Of a stretch of 64,000 bases of DNA, positions 1-9,527 are shown piece after piece. The stretch spans positions 84,940,001 through 85,004,000 of the forward strand of contig OZ024740.1 in assembly GCA_964016885.1 (NCBI GenBank), read 5' to 3'. The translations under genes and the position numbers were made by a program. Origin of the DNA: Eledone cirrhosa. Lineage: Eukaryota. Below the pieces are notes generated by a model. It was given only the letters and a program-made list of their open reading frames with translations, was not told the DNA's origin and did no database searches. How positions within the stretch are numbered: the first letter of the stretch is position 1; each line of letters opens with the position of its first letter.

Positions 1-239
1 TGTGATGAGAAGGGGGGAAACAGTGTTTAACTAATTTTAACATTACATGTAGCATCCATCTACAGGTGATTAAGTTAAGACTGAGGTGTAATCATATGAA
101 AAGGTCAATTTAAAACTAGACTGAGATTCTGCTTAAAATGATGGTCAATGAAGTGTTTACTTACTCAGATCCTTTGAAATAACTTTCTTTCTCTTACTGT
201 AACTAGACATACCTACGAAATAGAAAACAGTCGAATAGA

Positions 240-672
240 CAGTGGTGTGGTGTGGTGTAGTGTGGTGTGGTTTAGTGTAGTGGACAGTGGTGTGGTGTGG
301 TGTAGTGTGGTGTGGTTTAGTGTAGTGGACAGTGGTGTGGTGTAGTGTAGTGGAGTGTGGTTTAGTGTAGTGGACAGTGGTGTGGTGTAGTGGAGTGTGG
401 TGGAGTGGAGTGTGGTTCAATGTAGGGTGGGGGATATGGTGTAGTGGAGTGTGGTGGGATGTAGTGTGGTAGCATGTGGTGTGATGGCATGTGATGTGAT
501 GTGGCGTGGTGAAATGTGATGTGATGAAATGTGGCATGGCGTGGTGAAATGTGATGTGGCGTGGCGTGGTGAAATGAGGCGAGGCGAGGCGAGGCGAGAC
601 GAGACGAGACGAGACGAGACGTGGTGTGATGTGATGGTGTGCGGAGTGATTTGATGTGGTGTGATGTGATGT
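240..672. repeat. Degenerate pentanucleotide (GTGTG/GTGTA/GAGGC/GAGAC) tandem repeat
   Basis: 5-bp periodicity is directly visible. Confidence 0.9.
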
Positions 673-674
673 GA

Positions 675-1072
675 AATTTTTCATCCTATTTTTCATGTGC
701 TATCAACTAATCCAATCTCCAAGATGCTTGAAACTGACTTTTTCCCCCCAGGAAAACGGCGGGATGAGGTGGTTCCCCCTTCACCCGGATAAACCCTGCT
801 TACTCGGAATTTTCTCTTTGATTCTATTTTCATGCGTTATCAGTGAATATGACTTCTAAACCAGTCAAAAACAACTAGCTTTGGAGAAAGAGGAGTGGGA
901 GAGGGGAAGAGTTTTGCAGATCTACACCCACTCACATGTTGTGGGACTTAATCATTTTCGGTATATTTCCTGTGCTATTAATTAATCTGATCTCCTAGAT
1001 GCTTCCAATCAACTTATCTCCCTGGAGATCAGATTAGTTGATAACACATGAAAAAAAGATGAGTAAAAAATT
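675..1072. mobile_element. Possible MITE-like element with ~45-50 bp imperfect inverted ends
   Basis: 675-721 (TTTTTCATGTGCTATCAACTAATCCAATCTCCA) is near reverse-complementary to 1023-1072. Confidence 0.4.
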
Positions 1073-1074
1073 GT

Positions 1075-1835
1075 GGGTGTTATGTGGTGTGGAGTAGTGT
1101 GATGTATTTTTATGTGGTGTGATGTAGTGAGGTGTGTTTTTATGTGGTGTGATGTAGTGAGGTGTGGTGTTATGTGGTGTGGAGTAGTGTGGTGTGTTTT
1201 TATGTGGAGTAGTGTGGTGTGTTGTAGTGAGGAGTGGTGTATTGTGTTGTAGTGAGGAGTGGTGTGTTGTGTTGTGGTGTTGTGTGGTGTGGAGTAGTGT
1301 GGTGTGTTCTTATGTGGAGTGATGTAGTGAGGAGTGGTGTGTTGTGTTGTGGTGTTATGTGGTGTGGAGTAGTGTGGTGTGTTCTTATGTAGTATGATGT
1401 AGTGAGGTGTGGTGTGTTGTGTTGTGGTGTTATGTGGTGTGGAGTAGTGTGGTGTGTTGTAGTGAGGAGTGGTGTGTTGTGTTGTAGTGAGGAGTGGTGT
1501 GTTGTGTTGTGGTATTATGTGGTGTGTTGTAGTGAGGAGTGGTGTGTTGTGTTGTGGTGTGATGTGGAGTCGAGTAGTGTGGTGTGATGTAGTGAGGAGT
1601 GGTGTGTGTGTTGTGGTGTGATGTGGTGTGGAGTAGTGTGGTGTGTTCTAATGTGGTGTGATGTAGTGAGGAGTGGTGTTTTGTGGTGTGTTTTTATGTG
1701 GAGTAGTGAGGAGTGGTGTGTTGTGTTGTGGTGTTATGTGGTGTAGTGTTGTATGTTTTTATGTGGTGTGGTGAAGTGTGGTGTGATGTGGTGCGGTGCA
1801 CTGCGATGTGGTGTGGTGCAGTGCGGTGCAGTGAG
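1075..1835. repeat. Degenerate GTGTG/GTGTT pentanucleotide satellite
   Basis: Directly visible. Confidence 0.9.
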
Positions 1836-2026
1836 GTTCTTCATCTTTATCTTTATTTTTTCATTTTTGTATTCATCTTCTTTGTTTTGTCTTCCATCTA
1901 AACAAAAAAAATATATATAAAACATATATGTAGCCAATCTCTCAGACTTTTACAAAGCTCCAGGGAGATAAATTTAATATAAGTGGTGTGTTCCTGAACA
2001 GAGATACTACAAAATAGCTTAAAAGC

Positions 2027-2060
<34 letters not shown>

Positions 2061-2199
2061 AATAAATATACACGGGTGTGTATGATTGTGTATAGAAGAT
2101 TATATTAATAAAATGAATTCCAACTTTGTCTGATTTACTCGTTTTATTTACAATCCTTTAAAATTATAATGGTATTAGAATGAAATAGTATGGTAGAAT

Positions 2200-2870
2200 A
2201 TTAAGTGTTAAGTGTTAATTGAACAAGTAATTTCATGCTTTCGCAATCTTCAGGTTCATATTCTGTGGTGACAGTCAAGTTTACAATTTTCAACTGTAAT
2301 GAGATGGGTAAATTTTGCGCCTTATATACAGTGAAAAGCGGTTACAGAATGCTAAATTTTGCAAACTGTATTTCGACCAATCGGTGTGTAGTTTCACTGG
2401 ATTACTGAAGCTGATTGGTTTAGGCATCACGGTTGGTTGGGCATGTCTAACGACTTCTATTTGGCCCTATTCAAAGCATCAATTGTTTTGCTATTTTTAG
2501 AAATGATGAAAATAGCATTTTCTAGGGTTTTTAAACCCCTATGAATTATTATTGTTCATTTAGCTTGGGTTGGAATTTTGAAAAATATTCCCAAATTCAA
2601 ATATGAACTGCAAAAGCAGAAATCTAATTTACTGCATTAAATGCCCGAATTGTGAAGAACTATATGTCGGTCAAACTGGAAATGCACGGGTGCACCGACA
2701 GCAAATCAGAGACCCAAATATCCGTCAGATACCCCCTGAGTAACCATCTAGCAACATGTGGTCAGAAAATATTTATAATATTTCCATTCTACAAATTACA
2801 CAGGCCAAGTAAAATCAAGAGAAAAATCAAAGAAAAGAATTTTATTGATAAATTCCAACCCAAGCTAAAT
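2200..2870. mobile_element. Penelope-like element 3' remnant with inversion
   Basis: The + strand at 2652-2870 reads like a GIY-YIG C-terminus (LSNHLATCG...KRKIKEKNFIDKFQPKLN). AAATTCCAACCCAAGCTAAAT recurs inverted at ~2557-2577. It continues on the - strand into a UTR with CCAAT boxes, a TATA box and a degenerate HHR core. Confidence 0.55.
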
Positions 2871-3496
2871 ACAGGATGTTTGTTTACAAACACACCGAGC
2901 ATTATAATAAATGTTGGGTGAATCCATACGTACATATATATGTGTGTGCATGTATGTATATATATATACATACTACTGTACGTCTGTATACATATATGTA
3001 TGTACGTGTACATACTTATATTTAAGTAACAGCCGTACTGAGAGTGGGAAATGAAATTTCGTTTCATTTTTTCCGTTTATCGTTTTCGGTGCACCCGGCC
3101 GATTAACCCACTCGATATGCAAATTGGGCTACTCAGCCGTTAATATGCATAAAGTAAGTATATACGTTCAACACTCTGGCAGGAAGGTATACGGTGCTGA
3201 CGATAGCTAATAAGCTTGAAACTAGTACAGCGTTCCTTTGTCAGTGTTGAACAAACGAGCAACGATGGTTGCTGGACACTACGGCTTAATACGGGATGTT
3301 TGTTTACAAACACACTGAGCATTATAATAAATGTTCGGTGAATCCATACGTACATATATATGTGTGTGCATGTATGTATATATATATACATGCTACTGTA
3401 CGTCTGTATACATATATGTATGTACGTGTACATACTTATATTTAAATAACAGCCGTACTAAGAGTGGGAAATGAAATTTCGTTTCATTTTTTTCCG
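2868..3496 (+). mobile_element. Small non-coding HHR-bearing unit with ~208-bp direct terminal repeats (period 420 bp)
   Basis: 2868-3075 is nearly identical to 3288-3496. The spacer holds the octamer ATGCAAAT (3117-3124) and the HHR. Confidence 0.65.
3166..3252 (+). ncRNA. Type I hammerhead ribozyme
   Basis: CTGACGA 3197-3203; helix II AGCT-aata-AGCT with a U.U closing pair; GAAA 3218-3221; palindromic helix III ACTAGT; GUA cleavage triplet 3225-3227. Helix I is CGGTG/CAGCG (one mismatch), extended by GTTCAACACT/AGTGTTGAAC. Confidence 0.72.
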
Positions 3497-4141
3497 CATA
3501 TAAATAAATTTACAGTAGAATAACATAGCAAATATGTTTTAAATATATACATAAATAACATTACAAATGCTTAATTAACATTATAAATTGCTCGCGATTC
3601 TTTCAGAAGGATGTATTCCTTTAATGTTGCAATATTAAAGAAAATATACGTATATATATACATACATACATTTATTCAACTAAGGAAAGTGGTTGATTGA
3701 AAATCTGCCGACTCTTTCATAAGAGATGACAAACACTCAACAGTTTATGTTTATCCGGAGTTTTATTATAATAATTGTTTCTACTTTGGCACAAGGCCAG
3801 CAATTACCCAGTGTATTACTGGTACTTTATTTTATCGACCCCATAAGGATGAAAGGCAAAGTTAAACTCGGCGGGTTATAATAATAAACAAGAAAGACGG
3901 TATCATTTGCCCATCCCTATTTATTTTATTATGCGTATTTCATTTGTATAACATCTGTCCTACGTGTTCTCATATCAACGGATATCAACGAATATCTCAT
4001 ATCAACGGATATTTACATCTTGCATGGATTTTTGTCACAAGAAAACACGTAGGGCAGATATTATACAAATGACATATGTTTTCGAAATAAGTATAATAAA
4101 ATAAATAGGGATGAACAAGTGATACCGTCTTTTTTCTTTAT

Positions 4142-4239
<98 letters not shown>

Positions 4240-4240
<1 letters not shown>

Positions 4241-7200
4241 ATATGTTGAAAAGGTAACACACTAGAGAGAGATATACAGTGCGCTATCAATAAAACAGGG
4301 AAAAAGCCACCAGTGTATGGAATCTATAACCTATGAAAGGCAGACTATATACACGATAATTAAAAGTATAAATTAAAGCGTAAATAAATACCTCTATAAC
4401 TATATAACACACGTACAAATCCAAAGAGATCTGTTTCGCCAGTAAGTTGTTGACAGAAATGGAATAACCCCGGTTCCTCAGCGTGTATAAGGCTATACAT
4501 TTCAGACAACACTAAGAGAATTTAAAAGTGACTGTCCAGCTACACATGGGAGAGAGACGTCACAGCGTGTTTAAGGGCAGTGAACCAGTGGCCTCTGAGG
4601 GACGAGCTGCTAGAAAGGGCAGCCCAAAACCACTCAGAGAAGTGTGCTCAACCAAACAGAGGGATAGGAAAGACTGTTATAAGGAGCGAAATATCACGAT
4701 AAATTAACGGAGCCATAGAACCTCGCCATTCCCTGTAAATAATGTGCTCAAAGGAGAAGAAATCCTGAGCTCTTTAAAATACAATATGTTGAAAAGGTAA
4801 CACACTAGAGAGAGATATACAGTGCGCTATCAATAAAACAGGGAAAAAACCACCAGTGTATGGAATCTATAACCTATGAAGGCCCATTGTGACAATGGGC
4901 CTTCCGTCTTTGTTTCCGCATTTGTCTATGTGTTTCCGGAAAGACGAGGCCCTGGTTTTAGTGTGTTCCTTGATCCGGATGTGCAAAGGTCGAATTGTGC
5001 TACCTATGTAGTATTGGTTGCACCTGTCACATTCTATCTTATACACGACGTATGTGCGTAGGCAACAGTTAGCATGGCGTATCGGGCAGTCTCTGAGGGA
5101 ACATGCGTCAGTAGATTTTTCGGGTTTCCTGGAGAGGCATCTTCGCAGGGAGGGGCCCGAGTGGGCCAGGTGGATGTCGAGACCCTCCCTCCTTATAGCC
5201 TTGCAGATAGCGTTGGTGGTTTTCTCGCCCAGATGTGGCATTTTAAGGAAGCACTTGCCTTGGGTGCTTCTCTGTCTCTTGCGTCTGGTGTCTCCTATTC
5301 TGTCTGTGATCGAGGTAGGGTACCCGTTCGTCTCCAGCACCTCGAGGAATCGCTTGGTATGAGTGACACCACTCGCGGGATTGCTGCATCTGTTTTTGAT
5401 TCGCGCGATCTCGTTCGTGATGTATCCTCTTTTGGCACTGTTAGGGAGGGCGGACTTGTAGTGAACGAATAGGTCCCTGCAGGCTGCCTTTCTGTAGAAG
5501 TTGCAGTGGATCCCTCCTTGTTCCGTGATGTTGATTCGGAAGTCGAGGAGGGCAAGTGACCTGTCTTCGTTGGGGTGTTCAACACTGAAGTCAATGTTCT
5601 CGTCCGTGTTGTTGAACGTCTCATAGATTCTGTTCGCCGTGTCTTGGGAAGATGTGAGGATGAGGATATCGTCCACGTATCTTGAGAAAAAGGCTACGGC
5701 GTTGGGGTGGCAGGCGTTGAGTGCCTTGCGTTCGAGGTTGTCCATGTAGGAGATCGCTAGCACACCTGATAGGCTTGATCCCATGGGCAATCCCGAGGTT
5801 TATTGGTATATTTGGTCAAGGAATCCGAAGTAGGTGTTGTCGACGACGATGGATAGGAGTTGGTGGATGTCAGTGGTGGTGAGCCCGAAGCAGTGTAGGT
5901 CGGTGGATTGGACGCGTTCCATTAGTACATTGACGGCCGGGAGTGCCGGGACCGAGGTGTAGAGAGCGACTACATCAAGGCTGAAGGCATATCTGTTATT
6001 CCTTCTGGTGTCGGGATCCATTTGATGCAGGCACTTCAACACCTCCTCGGAGCTGTTAACGTGTCCCGGCAAGGTGTCTAAGATGGGTTTGAGTATTCTG
6101 GCTAGGAGCCATGAAATTTTGTAGAGTGGTCCCTCCACGCTCGATACGATGGGCCTGATTTTCAGGTCGGGTCCCTGTTTGTGTGTTTTCACGAGGTGGT
6201 AGAAGGCGGGTAGTCTGCTGTTCCTCGTGAGGAGGTTGTATCTCAGCTTCTTCGGGAGCTTCCGCCGGTCGCAGATGTTGGTCCAGGCGGAGTTGATGTG
6301 TTCTTCTATCTGCGCGGGAGTGATTCCCGTGACCTTGGAGTAGAGGTTGTCATCGTCAAGGTGTTGGAGGGCCAGGGTGTTGTAGGCCTCTCTGCTGATG
6401 ACGCAGAATTCTTTTCCCTTGTCGGAGGGGAGATAGATGAAGTTCTTCGATTTTAGGTTGGAGAGAGTGGTGAGTTGAGATTTGGTGAGGTTATGTGTTG
6501 TGCGTGTATGTGTGTTTGTGAAGTATATCCGAGATGTTTTAGCCTGATGAGTTTAGTGTCGAGTTCGTGGTTGGTGGGTGGGGGGTGGAGTGGGTTGTCG
6601 GGGTGGTAAGTGGGGAACTTGGGGTGGGTTGTGTCGGCGCTGTTATTATCTGTGGCGCTGTTGATAGCGGTCACCCATTTAAGTTGGTAAGCGGCTCGAC
6701 AAAAGTTGGCCTCGATGTTGAGTTTGAGTCTGTCGTCGAGACGCTGTGTGACGATGAACTTAGGTCCGAGGTGTAGGAGTTTCAGCTCGTCGCTCGTGAG
6801 AGTGCCGGTTAGGTGACCAGGTGCGTCGCATCGTTGAGGTATGGCTCGGTGTTGGTGGTTGCGGCGGTGGCGGTTGTTAAGTTGTTGTTTTCCACGTGGT
6901 TCTGGTCCGTCTGTTCGTTAGTGTCGATGTTCTCGTTGTGGCGTTTCGACAAGATCCACTCATATTTTCGCTTGAGCCGTTTTTTCTCGTATTGGACTCT
7001 GGAGTGGTAGCACTGGTCGATTGCTTTAGTGATTTTTAGGAGCAAGTTTCCGGGTGCTATTGGCAGTCGATGTGTCCGCTTATGGACGAGTAATTGGCGG
7101 TTGAGATGTCTCAGGATCTGTTTAATACACGTGCGATGTATGCGGTTAGTGGTGTTTTGGAAGGCTGGTGTATGTAGGCTTACTAGTAAGCGAATGTTCT

Positions 7201-7380
7201 TGATGGTGTTGGGGATGACATCGTTTTTTAGGCAGCGTTTCGGGAAAATAATTTGGCAGCCAGCGTTGGCCCATTTCTCCGACAGTCTAAACAGTTCCCT
7301 TACGGATGCAAACAATTCCTGGCTCAGGTGTAAGGATAAGAGAGTATTGAAGTTTGCTTGAAGCATTGTGGAACAATAAG
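4240..7380 (-). mobile_element. Penelope-like retroelement (RT plus C-terminal GIY-YIG), disrupted
   Basis: ORF fragments 6809-7441, 5800-6192 (IRPIVSS, FSLDVVALYTSVP) and 4867-5790 (GLPMGSSLSG, RYVDD, YVVYKIEC..C..YYIGST.R.L..RIKEH). A 98-bp direct repeat lies at 4240-4337 and 4783-4880. The element is flanked on both sides by (TA)n. Confidence 0.92.
4407..4488 (-). ncRNA. Type I hammerhead ribozyme with enlarged loop II, in the PLE 3' region
   Basis: Minus strand reads ATACACG-CTGAGGA-A-CCGG-(27-nt loop)-CTGG-C-GAAA-CAGATC-tctttg-GATTTG-TA-CGTGTGT. Helices I and III pair fully allowing G.U; cleavage triplet GUA. Confidence 0.75.
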
Positions 7381-7544
7381 TAAATATATATATATATATA
7401 TATACAAACACAGTGTCCCAAAAAATGTATACACACTTCAACAGCTAAGTAATCAAAGTGTGTATATATTTTGGAGGTGACACCGTGTGTATATATATAT
7501 ATATGTGTGTAACTAGTAAAACTGTAAAAACGCAGCGGTATATT

Positions 7545-7754
7545 CTAATTTGGCCCTTTTAAGGGACACCTATATTTTCATTTAAGTAACTCCACTTACA
7601 TCTATATGCTTTAATAAAAAAAAAATAAAAAACGCGTGAAAAAAAAAAAAATGTCATTTAAGTAACTCCACTTACGCGTGGTAGTAATACGGAAATAAAC
7701 GATGTTTTGCTTTCATCGGCTGCTTCGACTGACAGCTAATAGCGTTGTAGTGCC
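7545..7754. mobile_element. Solo truncated arm of the foldback element
   Basis: Ends in GCGTTGTAGTGCC, the same terminus as the 7906-9117 element; inverted relative to 7906-8110. Confidence 0.7.
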
Positions 7755-7905
7755 CACCAATCTAAACGAGTGATATTTTTTGAATTCTTCTCTCTCTTCG
7801 TATTTAGTATTTCTTGCTCTAAAATTCTACTTTAAAGTTCGTATCTTCTTTACAGACAGCTTTTAGCTGGTGATGGTTCGTGCTGAATCGAAGGTGTAAA
7901 AACAG

Positions 7906-9117
7906 GGCACTACAACGCTATTAGCTGTCAGTCGAAAGCAGCCGATGAAAGCAAAACATCGTTTATTTCCGTATTACTACCACGCGTAAGTGGAGTTACT
8001 TAAATGAAAATATCACGCGTTTTTTTAATTTATTTTTATTAAAGCATATCGATGTAAGTGGAGTTACTTAAATGAAAATATAGGTGGCCCGTAAAAGGGC
8101 CAAATTAGAAAACAAATTTAAGTTAATTAGAAAACAAGTCATAGTTATCAAATAAATTGGATTTAATCATTTATATTTTCATAGTCATGGTTATCAATGT
8201 AGAAAACAAGTCATTTTCACCAACAGTGGAATTACTGCTGACAGCTAATACCATGAACTATATTTTCATAGTCATGGTTATTAATGTAGAAAACAAGTCA
8301 TTTTCTCCAACAGTGGAGTTACTTCTGACAGCTAATACCATAAACTATATTTTTATAGTCATGGTTATTAATGTAAAAAACAAGTCATTTTCACCAACAG
8401 TGGAGTTAACTTAAATGAAAATATAGGTGGCCCTTAAAAGGGCCAAATTAGAAAACAAATTTATGGTTATCAAATTATTTTCACCAACCCTTTATGAAGA
8501 AATGTTTAGAAAACAATTTTTTTTCACCAACATTATTCAAAAGCATGGATACAGTCCACATGGAGACAAGAGACAGTCCCCATGAAGATTGATTGTATCT
8601 GCTGCAGTAGCGGTAGCGATGGAAAAATCGTGATGGTTAATTCCATTAACAATTTGGCCCTTTTAAGGGCCACCTATATTTTCATTTAAGTTAACTCCAC
8701 TGTTGGTGAAAATGACTTGTTTTCGACATTGATAACCATGACTATGAAAAGTTCATGGTATTAGCTGTCAGAGGTAATTCCACTGTTGGTGAAAATGACT
8801 TGTTTTCTACATTGATAACCATGACTATGAAAATATAAATGATTAAATCCAATTTATTTGATAACCATGACTTGTTTTCTAATTAACTTAAATTTGTTTT
8901 CTAATTTGGCCCTTTTAAGGGCCACCTATATTTTCATTTAAGTAACTCCACTTACATCGATAGGCTTTAATAAAAAAAATTAAAAAATAAAAAACCCGTG
9001 AAAACTCCACTTATGCGTGGTGGTAGTAATACGGAAATAAACGATGACGAATGACGTCACCTTCGCCTGCTTTCGTCGACTGCTTTCACGACTGACAGCT
9101 AATAGCGTTGTAGTGCC
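7906..9117. mobile_element. Non-autonomous foldback DNA transposon with ~460-550 bp inverted arms (possibly Merlin-like)
   Basis: Termini GGCACTACAACGC / GCGTTGTAGTGCC. Flanks AAAAACAG (7898-7905) and AAAAATAG (9118-9125) form a probable 8-bp TSD with one mismatch. Internal ~87-bp tandem repeats. The superfamily is inferred only from the GG termini and 8-bp TSD. Confidence 0.7.
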
Positions 9118-9394
9118 AAAAATAGAATTGTTTTGGTGAAAAGCGAAACTATACTAGCGCCGAAGTTACTTTGCTTCTTTTCCTCCACCTGTTTAGGGAG
9201 CCTGACAAAAAAAAATTCATGGGGTTTCCTTTTCTGCTCTTACTAAACCATAACAATTTTCCCCATATTTTATTAATGATCGGCGATCTTGCAGATTCTT
9301 TTTCTAATGAAAGATACTACAAAAGAGCTTTCGAAAATTCAAAGTATTTATTTAGCGAGGCTAGTAAGAGTTATCTGTTCTTAGGTCATACAAA

Positions 9395-9527
9395 ATGGCA
9401 GTGACATTGAATAAGAGTTTTGGAAAACTTAAATTACTTGTTTGTTCTCCATTGTATACTTCTAGAATCTTGAATGTATTCACAAGACCAATTCAACCAA
9501 TAATAACATTTGAGGATCGCATGAAAG
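9395..9527 (+). CDS. MRPL38: MRPL38 coding exon 1 (MAVTLNKSFGKLKLL...FEDRMK)
   Basis: ATG at 9395 in context AAAATGG; donor G|GTAAAA, phase 1. A possible acceptor TTCTTAG ends at 9384, implying an unidentified non-coding upstream exon. Confidence 0.75.

Noticed and set aside
5790-5802. Selenocysteine read-through in the PLE ORF, as in Naiad-type elements
   Set aside because: The interrupting stop is TAA (probably from CAA), not TGA, and the endonuclease is C-terminal.
6544-6560. Isolated CTGATGA matches (also 19030, 20476, 28604, 36240, 51900)
   Set aside because: No correctly spaced GAAA, helices or NUH triplet; consistent with chance matches.
7411-7487. Tiny Tc1-like inverted repeat
   Set aside because: Too short and degenerate, with no clear TA TSD, so it cannot be called confidently.
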